Under the pieces are notes generated by a model. The model worked only from the letters and a program-made list of their open reading frames with translations, did no database searches and was not told the DNA's origin. From an uncultured Bacillota bacterium (GTDB lineage Bacteria > Bacillota > DTU025 > MWDF01), in contig CAWGMK010000013.1 in assembly GCA_963823655.1 (NCBI GenBank), forward strand, positions 466,912-530,911: a DNA stretch of 64,000 nucleotides. Reading direction: 5' to 3'. Position numbers and translations under genes: made by a program. Of the stretch, positions 31,214-45,386 are shown piece after piece. The stretch's first letter is position 1. Each line of letters opens with the position of its first letter.

Positions 31214-31855
31214 TTAAATGCTATTTAATAGGGCTGTTACCCTGTCTTTTTCCCTGCCTACGGAGGTCTCGGGCCCATGCCCCGGCAATACCCTCGTTTC
31301 GTTTGGAAGCGTAAACAACCTGTTTATTATCGAGTTTCTCAGCTCCTGTGCGCTTCCGCCGACAAGGTCCGTCCTACCGACACTAGCAAAGAATAACGTA
31401 TCGCCGGAGAAAAGCGTCGCATATTCCGGAAGGTAATAGCTGACCCCGCCCTCCGAGTGCCCGGGCGTGTTCACCACCCGCACCACGATGCCCGAGAAAT
31501 CAAGCTCCTCGCCGTCTTCAAGCATGACGTCCGCCGCCCTGAAACCCTCAGGTTTATTGGCCAGCAGGCCGAACTCGTCTTTAGGTGCCAGCATCCTGGG
31601 CGCGTCTTTCTTTCCTGCATATACCGTAGCCCCCGTTTCCTCACGAAGCTCGCCGACGGCGCCGATATGGTCGGGATGGAAATGCGTTACCAATATTGCG
31701 TCCAGTCCAAGCCCCATGCCGAACAACTTTCCGAGGACTTTAGCCTCGTTTGCGCCCGGATCCACCACGAATGCCCTGTCAGATCCCTTGATGCTTACAA
31801 TATAGCAGTTGGTCTGTATCGGCCCTACCAGCAGCCTTACTACTTCTAATCCCAC
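31214..31855 (-). CDS. MBL-fold metallo-hydrolase (glyoxalase II-like)
   Basis: THFHPDHIG, TPGHS, GDTLF and PGHG. Confidence 0.9.
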   Translation of the reverse strand: MGLEVVRLLVGPIQTNCYIVSIKGSDRAFVVDPGANEAKVLGKLFGMGLGLDAILVTHFHPDHIGAVGELREETGATVYAGKKDAPRMLAPKDEFGLLANKPEGFRAADVMLEDGEELDFSGIVVRVVNTPGHSEGGVSYYLPEYATLFSGDTLFFASVGRTDLVGGSAQELRNSIINRLFTLPNETRVLPGHGPETSVGREKDRVTALLNSI

Positions 31856-31863
31856 ACCACACC

Positions 31864-32313
31864 TCAAAATTGCCTGCTGCTGTCGAGCAGGATGGTTACA
31901 GGCCCGTCGTTAATCAGCTCCACGTCCATATGCGCCCCGAATTCGCCGGATCGGACTTCAAAGCCCTTCTCCCTGAGCTTTTGCATAAAAGCCTCGTACA
32001 GCAGGTTGCCGAGCTGGGCGCCCGCAGCCTCCGTAAATGAGGGCCTCCTGCCGCCCCTTGCGTCCCCATAAAGGGTGAACTGCGACACGACCAGCACCGA
32101 GCCTCCGACATCAACAAGCGACAAGTTGAACTTGCCCGCCTCGTCAGTGAAGATCCTCAGGCCGGCGACTTTGTCCGCCATATATTGCGCTTCCTTGTCG
32201 GTGTCCTCGCGAGATACTCCGAGCAATACCAGGTAACCTGCTTGTATCTCACCGGTGATCCTGCCATCTACTTTGACCGACGCTGACTTAACCCTCTGTA
32301 TGACAGCTCTCAT
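31864..32313 (-). CDS. dtd: D-aminoacyl-tRNA deacylase
   Basis: [13 protein letters not shown] and NDGPVT. Confidence 0.96.
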   Translation of the reverse strand: MRAVIQRVKSASVKVDGRITGEIQAGYLVLLGVSREDTDKEAQYMADKVAGLRIFTDEAGKFNLSLVDVGGSVLVVSQFTLYGDARGGRRPSFTEAAGAQLGNLLYEAFMQKLREKGFEVRSGEFGAHMDVELINDGPVTILLDSSRQF

Positions 32314-32320
32314 ATGCAGA

Positions 32321-34459
<2,139 letters not shown>

Positions 34460-34469
34460 CCTTGCGGCC

Positions 34470-36207
34470 TCAATTTCCGCGCGGCACGTCTGGGCTGTGC
34501 CTTATGTCGCGAAGTACCAGCTGGAGGTACTCATTGCTGTTGTATCTGGATATATCCATCACATAAGCGACGTCTACCGGATACTTGCCGTCGCTGAAAT
34601 CATCTATCCTGCTGCCCATATTGTAGCCGATCGCGCTGAGCATTACGCCCTCCCTGGAAAGCCTCATCCTGAGGTGCTTCCCATCGTTGCCGACCGTGCG
34701 AATGTCGTTGATCTCTAGCTTGTTGGTCACGAATACGGGCTCAGGATTGGAGAGTCCGTAGGGCTGCAGCATGCTGATCTCCCTGGCAAGTTCCAAAGTA
34801 ACCCTCTGGGGCCTGAGCACCGCGTCCACCTTCAGCACGGGGCTGAGCTGGCTTGCGATTATCTGCTGCGAGGCTACGAAGTTGATCTTCTCCTTGAAGA
34901 TATCCACCATGTTGGACTTCAGCGTAAGGCCTGCCGCCTGGGCGTGCCCCCCGAAACGTATGAGGCAGTCGGAGCACTCGGTAAGCGCCGCATGAAGGTC
35001 GAATTCCGCCTATGCTCCTGCCGGAGCCCCTTCCCTCGCCGTTGGCAAGGGAGATGAGTATCGCCGGCCTATTGTAGCTCTCCACCATCCTTGATGCTAC
35101 AATGCCTACCACGCCCTGATGCCAGCCCTCGGAGGCGAGCACGATCACATTGAGGGAGTTTATGTCCTGCTCCTCAAGCAGGTTCACGGCCTGCTCGGCG
35201 ATTACAGCTTCTATCTCCTGGCGCCTTCTGTTCTCATCGGCCAGCATGGAGGCAATTTCTGCCGCCCTGAACTGGTCGTCGGTCAAGAATAGCTCCACGG
35301 CGACTGCGGCGTCGCCCAGCCTTCCTACGGCATTAAGCCTGGGAGCCAGCGTGTAGCTTATGTTGGTCGCGGACAGCGGCCTTCCGTACAGGTTGCAGCT
35401 TTCCAGGAGGCTCGACAGCCCCGGGTTGTCGGTCTGCGTCATCTGCCGCATCCCGAAATATGCTATGGCCCTGTTCTCGCCAACCAGAGGCACCATATCC
35501 GCTATGGTACCCAGGGAGACAAGGTCGATGTATTTCAGCGGGTCGATGGAAGCATCCGCCCCCATTAGGCTGTGCACGGCCTGGCAGAGCTTGAAAGCCA
35601 CGCCAACGCCGGCTAGCGTATCCTGCCCGAGGCTGTCGGTCATAAGCTTCGGGTTCACCACCGCCGTACACTTCGGTATGTTCTCGCCGGGCTGGTGATG
35701 GTCCGTGATTATTACATCTATGCCCAGTTCCTTAGCCCTTTCGACCTCGTCGTACGCGCCGATTCCGCAATCTACCGTCACAAGAAGCCTGATGCCTGCC
35801 GAGGCTGCCTGCTCGATCGCCTCAATGTTAATGCCGTAGCCCTCCTCGAGCCTCTTCGGTATGTAGGACTGCACCTCGGCGCCGTGCTCGATAAGGCATC
35901 TCATAAGAGTCGCCGTAGCAGTTATGCCATCAACATCGTAATCGCCGTAGACCATGATCTTCTCATGGGCGTATATGGCTTTTAGTATCCTGGTCGCCGC
36001 CTTCTTCATGTCCGGCAGCTCCATACAATCCGATATATGCGCAAGCGACGGGTTTAAAAAACGCTGCACGTTCTCGAAATCCGTTATACCGCGGTTGAAC
36101 AGGAGGCCCGCCATGGTCTCTGTAACGCCGAAAAGCCGTGCATGCTCCTTGCGCTGCGCGACATCCAACTCGTTCCTGAGCTCCCATTTCTTCCTGGCTC
36201 TGGCCAT
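34470..36207 (-). CDS. recJ: ssDNA exonuclease RecJ (frameshift near 35000)
   Basis: YGDYDVDG, TVDCG, TDHH, GTIADMV, PRLNAVGRL and PYGLSNPEP. Confidence 0.93.
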
Positions 36208-36298
36208 TTAGGGCCTCCTTGCTTCATGTCTAACATTATAAATATATCATAATAGCCCCCGGCCATTCACATCGATATGCGCATTATGCCGATATCGA

Positions 36299-37033
36299 TT
36301 AATCGCCCGTCCTGACCCTCCGATTCGAGGCGAGCAGCCTTCGAGACCTCCAATCCGGCATGTTCGCCGTCAAGAAAGCCTTAAACCCGGCCTGGTGGTC
36401 CGGATGTTCAAGGTGCGCAAGTTCGTGCATTACTATGTAGTCGATGAACTCGGGCCTTTCGGCAAAGAGCCGCAGGCTAAGAGTTATGCGCTTCTTCCTT
36501 ATGTTGCAGCTGCCCCATGTGGCGCGCATGTCCCTGATCGCAAGCTCCGGCTTTCCATGCCCGAGCGCCGCAAGGATCGGGTAGTGCATGTCAAGGGATT
36601 GCTCGAAATACCTTAGGGCTTCTTTCCTAAGCCATCTTTGCAGCCGCCTTGAAAGCATGGCATCGTCCGCCTGGTCCGCTGTGCAAATGGCGATCTTACC
36701 GCCTTCCATTGCAATAGATTCGATCCTGCCTGCCCGGACTTGGACTTCGGCATCTTTCCCCAGCAACCTGACCGATTGAGGAAGCTCCTCGGAGTCCTTT
36801 CCGCTTTGCCTCCTGCTTCTCTGCTCATCCATCCTCTGGACTGCAAGAGCCAGCCAACCGGCCCTCTGGTCCAGGAACGCCTGGATCAGAGGCTCCGGGG
36901 TCCCGTATGGCACCGAAAGCCTTATTTGGCCGTTAAGCAGCACCCTTAGGCGGAGCGATGTTATCTTCTTGCTTGTACACTCCACCAGGAAAGCCTTGCC
37001 GGCGCAGGAAACGCGGTAGTTCTTAACCCTCAT
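36299..37033 (-). CDS. YgjP/DUF45-like zinc metalloprotease-family protein
   Basis: MRATWGSCN and YIVMHELAHL (HExxH). Confidence 0.85.
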   Translation of the reverse strand: MRVKNYRVSCAGKAFLVECTSKKITSLRLRVLLNGQIRLSVPYGTPEPLIQAFLDQRAGWLALAVQRMDEQRSRRQSGKDSEELPQSVRLLGKDAEVQVRAGRIESIAMEGGKIAICTADQADDAMLSRRLQRWLRKEALRYFEQSLDMHYPILAALGHGKPELAIRDMRATWGSCNIRKKRITLSLRLFAERPEFIDYIVMHELAHLEHPDHQAGFKAFLTANMPDWRSRRLLASNRRVRTGD

Positions 37034-37060
37034 CTGGAGCTTCCCTCCGGGATTTCAAAT

Positions 37061-37093
37061 AAGAAGCGGAAGGCCTGAGCCCCCCGCTTCTTT
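37061..37093 (-). terminator. Terminator-like hairpin after secF
   Basis: AAGAAGCGG...CCGCTTCTT inverted repeat. Confidence 0.5.
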
Positions 37094-37112
37094 GCCGAAT
37101 AAGATATCCTTT

Positions 37113-38003
37113 TTACCTTGACTTCGGCTTCGCTTCGCCCATAAGCCTTCTCCAGTCGTACCAGAGGGGACCGGCCACGAACAGCGATAAGTAGACGCCG
37201 ACAAGAAGGCCCACAAGCAGGGACAAAGTGAAGTCCCTGATGGTTGCAGAACCGAAGATGAACAGCGCGAGCACACCGATGAGAGTCGTAATCGTTGTAT
37301 GCATCGTACGGCCCAGCATCTCATTGATGCTCCTGTCCGTCATCTGCGCGAGGTCCTCTTTCTTGCTGCTCTTCAGGTTCTCCCTTATCCTGTCGAATAT
37401 GATGATCGTATTGTTCACGCAGTAGCCTACCAGGGTAAGCATACCTGCTATGAAGGCCGAGTTGATCTCCTGCCTGGTCACTACGAAGGCGCCTATTGTG
37501 ATGAGCACCCCCGCTACCAGAGTAAGTACGGAAACGGCGGCGAAGCGGTACTCGAACCTGAGGGCGATGTATATCAGGATGCCCAGAGATGCGATAAGCA
37601 CCAATTCTATGGCGGTCTTGGTCAGCTCGCTGCCGATTCTGGGGTCTACCTGGTCTATGCCGTGGTTTACAACGCCTTCGAAGGAAGCCTTAAGGGCATC
37701 CATGACGGCCCTCTGTCCGTCCGTATCAAGGCTGGGGACCCTCAATGTGAATTCCTTGTCCCCTACCTTCTGCACCATGGCCTTGCCCAGGCCAAGTTCA
37801 GCTGTCGCAGGCGTATCGAGAGCCGCGGTTATCTCCTCCACTGTTACGTCCCCGCCGAACTCAAGCCAGAAGAGCGTGCCGGAGGTGAAATCTATGCCGA
37901 GGTTCATACCGGCCGTAAGTAGGCCGACTATGCCTCCAATTGCCATTATCAGGGTCAGGGCGTACCATATCTTCCTTGTCTTTACGAAACTGAAATTTTT
38001 CAT
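37113..38003 (-). CDS. secF: Protein translocase subunit SecF
   Basis: LGIDFTSG, GYCVNNTIIIFDRIRE and RTMHTTITT. Confidence 0.93.
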   Translation of the reverse strand: MKNFSFVKTRKIWYALTLIMAIGGIVGLLTAGMNLGIDFTSGTLFWLEFGGDVTVEEITAALDTPATAELGLGKAMVQKVGDKEFTLRVPSLDTDGQRAVMDALKASFEGVVNHGIDQVDPRIGSELTKTAIELVLIASLGILIYIALRFEYRFAAVSVLTLVAGVLITIGAFVVTRQEINSAFIAGMLTLVGYCVNNTIIIFDRIRENLKSSKKEDLAQMTDRSINEMLGRTMHTTITTLIGVLALFIFGSATIRDFTLSLLVGLLVGVYLSLFVAGPLWYDWRRLMGEAKPKSR

Positions 38004-38007
38004 GCCT

Positions 38008-39255
38008 CTACCTCCTAGCCCCGAAGAACTTGATGCCGAGGCCAGGTGTTACTACTAGCGTCAGCAGCGCCCTTGTGAGGATTACCGCAGTGAACATGCT
38101 CGCCAGGACTCCTATGATGAGGGTGACCGCAAAGCCCTGGACACGGCCCGAGCCGAAGTAGAACAGGATCGCGGCGGTGATTATCGTGGTGGCGTTGCCG
38201 TCGATGATCGCAGTCATAGCCTTATGGAAGCCGGCATCGATGGAGGCCCTTATGCTCTTTCCGGCCCTCAGCTCGTCCTTGATTCTCTCGTAGATGATGA
38301 CGTTGGCGTCAACTGCCATGCCTGTCGAAAGAACGAACCCTGCAATGCCTGCGAGGCTAAGCGTACCGTTGATCGCCATGAACACGGCAAGCACGATTCC
38401 GGAATAAATCATCAGGGCAATGCCTGCCAGAAGGCCGGGCATCCTGTAGATGATGATCATATAGAGGAATATCAGCGCAAGGCCGAAAGCTCCCGCGTTA
38501 AGGCTGCTCCTGCTCATATCCGCTCCGAGCGTAGGATCCACGAAACGGGTCTCCTTATGCTCGACGGGGGCAGGCAGGACGCCGCCTCTTAGTATTGCCG
38601 AAATCGAAGTCGCGGATTCAATCGTGATATCCCCGCCGCTTATCTCGGCCTTGCCGTTGGGGATGGCACTGTTGATGACTCCGCTTACTACTTCCTGGCC
38701 GTCCAGCTCGATGCTTATCGTCTGGCCGATGTTGTTCCTGGTTATCGTCGCAAACTTGGAGGTGTACTCCGAAGAAAGCTCAAGGTGAACTGCCGGCTTG
38801 TTGTCATTGCTTGAGTAGCCGGGCGTCGCCTTAGAAAGGATGGTAGGCCCTGACATTATGGACTGGCCGTTCAGTTTGAACTCCAGCAAGCCCTGCTTGC
38901 CTACAACGTCGAGAGCCTGATCGAGGCTTGTGACACCGGGAAGCGATACCGTGATGCGCCTCCAGTTCTCGCCGCTCATCTTCTCGATTATTGGTTCCAC
39001 GACTCCAAGTGAGTCAATCCTCTTCTCCATTGCCGCCCTGGTGTCCTCAACTACCTGGGCGTCGATTGCGCCCGTAGCCGTGTCCTGTACCTCAAGTACC
39101 AACATGACTCCGCCCTGGAGGTCCATGCCCAGCTTGAGCCAGCTCTTTCCGTCCGTCTCCTTCAGCCTTGCCCTCGCCTGGATGTAAATGAAACCTCCGG
39201 TGATTGCGATTACAAGCAGGATTGCAATGGCATTGGTCAGTTTGTTACGGTTCAT
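38008..39255 (-). CDS. secD: Protein translocase subunit SecD
   Basis: LGMDLQGG, GMAVDANVIIYERIKDE and DGNATT. Confidence 0.94.
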   Translation of the reverse strand: MNRNKLTNAIAILLVIAITGGFIYIQARARLKETDGKSWLKLGMDLQGGVMLVLEVQDTATGAIDAQVVEDTRAAMEKRIDSLGVVEPIIEKMSGENWRRITVSLPGVTSLDQALDVVGKQGLLEFKLNGQSIMSGPTILSKATPGYSSNDNKPAVHLELSSEYTSKFATITRNNIGQTISIELDGQEVVSGVINSAIPNGKAEISGGDITIESATSISAILRGGVLPAPVEHKETRFVDPTLGADMSRSSLNAGAFGLALIFLYMIIIYRMPGLLAGIALMIYSGIVLAVFMAINGTLSLAGIAGFVLSTGMAVDANVIIYERIKDELRAGKSIRASIDAGFHKAMTAIIDGNATTIITAAILFYFGSGRVQGFAVTLIIGVLASMFTAVILTRALLTLVVTPGLGIKFFGARR

Positions 39256-39332
39256 TGGCCTACCTCATTTCAGATGAATATGCATTATGAAACTGCAAGA
39301 TAGCTTTGAAAAGCGAAGTGACTGCCGAGGGC

Positions 39333-40013
39333 CTAGAGGAACTTCGACCCGTTGACTACTATCGAGAACTGGCAGCCCAGATAGGCTGCGGCCTTCCGGC
39401 TGATGGTCATCCTGGTCATGAAAAGCTCGAAATACTCCATGACGGAAGTCACTTCGTTGTCGATATTCAGGTTCAAGGTTATCCTCTTATGTTCGCCGTC
39501 CACATCTAGAAAGGAGTTGGTGACGCTGTAGCAGACTCTGTCGTGCACATCGAACTCCGGATCGTCGCGCTTTACTTGCACGCGGGTCCTGTGCACATCG
39601 GTCTTGTCCGCTAAGATTAGCGCCGCCGAGATGTGGTTGACCACATGCCCTATCTCCTCCTCGTGGTTGCCGAGCGCCGATACAACTATCGCGACTTCGT
39701 CCGGGTCCATCCCCATGTTAATAAGCACAGGGGCAGCAAGAGTCGCACTTAGGGTGCCGTGGTGCTCCCGATTTATGGAGTTGCCGATGTCATGTATGTA
39801 GCCTGCTATTGCGGCCAGCTGCGCGTCCCTTTCAGGGAAGCCCAGCCTCTTCATGACATTCTCGGCTATGTCGGATACTAGCTTGGCATGCCTTAATCCG
39901 TGCTCGGTGTAGCCCATCGCCTTGATGTTCTTCGCACCGCGGTTCAGAAAGGCCATTATTATAGGGTTCTCCCTGACATCCTTCAGCACTACCAGCTTCT
40001 TCTCCAATGCCAT
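39333..40013 (-). CDS. HD-domain phosphohydrolase
   Basis: GYTEHGLRH, HDIGN, NHEE and ADKTDV. Confidence 0.85.
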   Translation of the reverse strand: MALEKKLVVLKDVRENPIIMAFLNRGAKNIKAMGYTEHGLRHAKLVSDIAENVMKRLGFPERDAQLAAIAGYIHDIGNSINREHHGTLSATLAAPVLINMGMDPDEVAIVVSALGNHEEEIGHVVNHISAALILADKTDVHRTRVQVKRDDPEFDVHDRVCYSVTNSFLDVDGEHKRITLNLNIDNEVTSVMEYFELFMTRMTISRKAAAYLGCQFSIVVNGSKFL

Positions 40014-40077
40014 CACCCCCGCATGGTTAAGGCCGCGCCGGCTTGGAAGCAGGCGCGGCCCGCACACCTGAGCCGTA

Positions 40078-40854
40078 TTACAGATACTCTATCGCGAACT
40101 GGTCCAAAGGCCCGAAGGGCAGGAACAGTATCCAGCTGATCGTTTCGCCCTTAAGCCCCGCTATTGCCGGGTCCTTCTGCCAGAAGGGCATTATCGCAAA
40201 CGACCTGACGCCGGTTCCGGCCTTCAGCAGGCCGTCTGTTACGTTAGCGGGCACGATGGCGTAGTAACGTTTCTTAAATACGCCGTCGATCTCCACCACC
40301 GAATAGCTCTCCTGCATGGGCATTATATACCTGTCCAGCTTGCTGTCGTTGGCGATGAAGATGTCGTATTTTATCTCGTCGCCTATCTGCAGGTAACCCA
40401 ATACGCTAAGAGTCACTCCGGCTATTGTCTCGGCCTTCTTGAAAAGCCCTTTGGAATAGTTGTTGGACACCCAGTCGCTGCCGACTAGCTTGTCGTCCAC
40501 TACCGCGTTCTTGCCGACTCCGATGTTCTTGACCTTGACGTACCTGGGTACAAGCCTGCCTTCTTTATTTGTGTAGTAGACTTTTACCCTTACGCCGTCG
40601 CCGAGCTGCTCGGATTCGACTTTTACGATAGCTGTGAAGCCGTCAGCGGCGCCGCTTTTAGCCTCCACGAACTCCACGAAACTTAAAGCCGCATCTGAAG
40701 AGAGCAGCTTGGCATCCGCCCAGTTGCCCTTCTGGAACGCAGTAACATATGCCGCAGCCGTTGTCTCCGCCGCGCTGTCAGCGGTTACGGCCACAAGGCT
40801 TGTTGCTGCAACCAGACACATAGCAACTGCAATAAGTAACAGTCGCTTCTTCAT
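40078..40854 (-). CDS. Secreted hypothetical protein
   Basis: MKKRLLLIAVAMCLVAA signal peptide; GAGGAGG RBS; open frame. Confidence 0.7.
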   Translation of the reverse strand: MKKRLLLIAVAMCLVAATSLVAVTADSAAETTAAAYVTAFQKGNWADAKLLSSDAALSFVEFVEAKSGAADGFTAIVKVESEQLGDGVRVKVYYTNKEGRLVPRYVKVKNIGVGKNAVVDDKLVGSDWVSNNYSKGLFKKAETIAGVTLSVLGYLQIGDEIKYDIFIANDSKLDRYIMPMQESYSVVEIDGVFKKRYYAIVPANVTDGLLKAGTGVRSFAIMPFWQKDPAIAGLKGETISWILFLPFGPLDQFAIEYL

Positions 40855-40882
40855 AAGAGGAGCCTCCTCTTTCTTAAAAGCC

Positions 40883-41209
40883 TCAGGACTTCTTCTCGGC
40901 CGGCTTCTCTGCAAATCCGGGCTTGCCCTCTACGGCGTTGATGCCCCATTTCTTAACGCGGCAGAGCATCTCCTGTGAGCTGTCATCCGCGATGTTGATG
41001 ATGAGGTCGTCGTCCTTTACGTCCACTATGACGGCCCTGAGGCCTCCGATCGTTATAACCCTGTTGTCTTTCCTAAGCGATGCCATCATGGCCTCGCGCT
41101 TTTTCTTCTGCTGCTGCTGGGGCCTAATCGTGAGGAAATACATCATCGCGAAAAGGGCTACGACCCAGATGATAAGGAATGCTGAGCTGCCGGATCCTGT
41201 AGTTGTCAT
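40883..41209 (-). CDS. yajC: Preprotein translocase subunit YajC
   Basis: YFLTIRPQ and VITIGGL. Confidence 0.93.
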   Translation of the reverse strand: MTTTGSGSSAFLIIWVVALFAMMYFLTIRPQQQQKKKREAMMASLRKDNRVITIGGLRAVIVDVKDDDLIINIADDSSQEMLCRVKKWGINAVEGKPGFAEKPAEKKS

Positions 41210-41335
41210 TCATATACCTCCAGATTGTTATTGGTAGATTTAACTACTACATTTTACGCTACATGTGTCCTATTAACAATATTATCTGTGAAACTGCTGA
41301 AAGAGGTCGGGTTCAGGCAGCCCCTGCGCGCAATG

Positions 41336-43498
<2,163 letters not shown>

Positions 43499-43500
43499 GC

Positions 43501-44424
43501 TCAAATATCTTCCCCTCCGTCATCGTATCCGAACCTTCCCAGCTGCGTTGGATCCTGTCTCCACTTGTCGCGGACCTTCACCCACAACTGCAGGTTTACC
43601 CTGTTTCCCAGAAGCGCTTCCATGTCAAGCCTCGCCTCGGTGCCTATCTCCTTGAGCATGGAGCCCTTTGCGCCGATAATTATCCCCTTCTGGGAATCGC
43701 GCTCCACGTAAATGACGGCGGATATGTCGATGATGTCCGAGCCCCTGTTTTGCATGGACTCCACTGCTACTGCCACGGAATGGGGTATCTCATCCCTTGT
43801 AAGCCTGAAGACTTTCTCCCTTATCAGCTCCGATACGATGAACTCCTCCGGATGGTCCAGCTCCATGCCCTCAGGGTAGAAACGGGGACCCGGCTGCATC
43901 ATCGATGAGACGTCTGCGAGCAGCTTCTCAAGGCCGGCTCCGGTCTGCGCTGAGACCAGGTAATGCCTTTCGAATCCCGCAAGCCCTGAGAACCTCTGCG
44001 TAGTTGACTCATGTTCTGCGCCCTCGACAAGGTCCGATTTGTTTAGCACCAGCCACACATGCGAGCCGGATAATGCCAGCTCCTCGGACACATAGGCGTC
44101 CCCCTTGTGCTCGGGTATGCTTACATCCACAACGAAAAGGACCAGGTCCACATCCCTTGCCGCGCTCCTCGCCTGGCTGTTCATCCTCTTGCCAAGAAGG
44201 TGCTTGGGTTTGTGTATTCCCGGCGTATCCATGAATATGACCTGCAAGTTCGGCTTATTCAGTATTGCAGCTATCTTGTTTCTGGTCGTCTGCGGCTTAT
44301 CGGACGTGATGACGACCTTGTGACCGATAAATGAGTTGATCAGCGTCGATTTGCCCACATTGGGCCTGCCGATCATGCCCACAAAACCTGAGCGGAACTG
44401 CTCAGCCGTAGTTTCCTTTTCCAT
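43501..44424 (-). CDS. era: GTPase Era
   Basis: [23 protein letters not shown] and KH-domain IIIGAKG. Confidence 0.96.
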   Translation of the reverse strand: MEKETTAEQFRSGFVGMIGRPNVGKSTLINSFIGHKVVITSDKPQTTRNKIAAILNKPNLQVIFMDTPGIHKPKHLLGKRMNSQARSAARDVDLVLFVVDVSIPEHKGDAYVSEELALSGSHVWLVLNKSDLVEGAEHESTTQRFSGLAGFERHYLVSAQTGAGLEKLLADVSSMMQPGPRFYPEGMELDHPEEFIVSELIREKVFRLTRDEIPHSVAVAVESMQNRGSDIIDISAVIYVERDSQKGIIIGAKGSMLKEIGTEARLDMEALLGNRVNLQLWVKVRDKWRQDPTQLGRFGYDDGGEDI

Positions 44425-44431
44425 TAATGAC

Positions 44432-44836
44432 CTACCTGTCTTTCAGCCTTAGAGGGCCGAAGTGCCAGGGCAGCATCTCGTCGAGCCTGTGCGAGACGGG
44501 CTTGCCCTCCTCGTCCTCTAGGATTACCTCTAGTCCCGGGTTGAACTCCACTAGTGTCTGCCTGCATTGCCCGCAGGGCTCTGCAGGGCCGTTGCCGCTT
44601 CCGACAACGGCAATCGCCAGAAATTCCCTGACGCCCTCTGAGATCGCCTTCAACAGGGCGGTCCTTTCGGCGCATATCGTACAGCCATATGCCGCATTCT
44701 CTACATTGCAGCCCTGCCAGACTGAGCCGTTGACGTCAATCAAGGCCGCTCCCACTTTGAAATTGGAATAAGGCGCGTAGGCCATTTCCCTGGCCTGCCT
44801 TGCCGAAACAAGCAGCTTTTCCCTGTCGATTGTCAA
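44432..44836 (-). CDS. cdd: Cytidine deaminase
   Basis: AYAPYSNF, NVENA, CAE and PCGQCRQ. Confidence 0.95.
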   Translation of the reverse strand: MTIDREKLLVSARQAREMAYAPYSNFKVGAALIDVNGSVWQGCNVENAAYGCTICAERTALLKAISEGVREFLAIAVVGSGNGPAEPCGQCRQTLVEFNPGLEVILEDEEGKPVSHRLDEMLPWHFGPLRLKDR

Positions 44837-44901
44837 AAGATAGCACCTCGCCCAAACCTGCCGTCTTGCGGCATGATTTATATGATGCGGCCTTTCGGCC
44901 C

Positions 44902-45378
44902 TTATTGCTCCCTTTGAAGCCCGAAGGCGGCCAGCACCGTCTCCTCGGCCAGCCTCATCTCAGCCTTATCCACCTCGTTCTCGTGGTCGTAGCCCAGCAG
45001 ATGCAGCACTCCGTGCACAGAAAGGAAGGCCATTTCGCGCTCGAGAGGATGCCCGAACTCCAGGGCCTGCCTTGCGGCCGTTTCCGTCGAAATTACTATA
45101 TCGCCGAGCATGGCGGGCATCCCGGGCCCTGAATCCGAGTCCTCGCCCTCAAGCTGGGGGAATGAGAGCACGTCGGTGTGCATGTCCTTGCCCCTGTAGT
45201 CCGAGTTCAGCCTCCTTATGGACAAATCGTCCGTAAGCAGCACCGATACCTCGTACTGTCCGTCGGGGGCGAAGGTCTCCACGGCCTTTTTTATCGCAGC
45301 CTCCGACAGCTTAACAAGATGTTCGGCCTCCAACAGCCCCTCGGGCTCTATTGCGATGTCGATAAGGATTTCATGCAT
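44902..45378 (-). CDS. ybeY: rRNA maturation endoribonuclease YbeY
   Basis: TDVLSFP, LGDIVIS and HGVLHLLGYDH. Confidence 0.95.
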   Translation of the reverse strand: MHEILIDIAIEPEGLLEAEHLVKLSEAAIKKAVETFAPDGQYEVSVLLTDDLSIRRLNSDYRGKDMHTDVLSFPQLEGEDSDSGPGMPAMLGDIVISTETAARQALEFGHPLEREMAFLSVHGVLHLLGYDHENEVDKAEMRLAEETVLAAFGLQREQ

Positions 45379-45386
45379 CTTAACTT

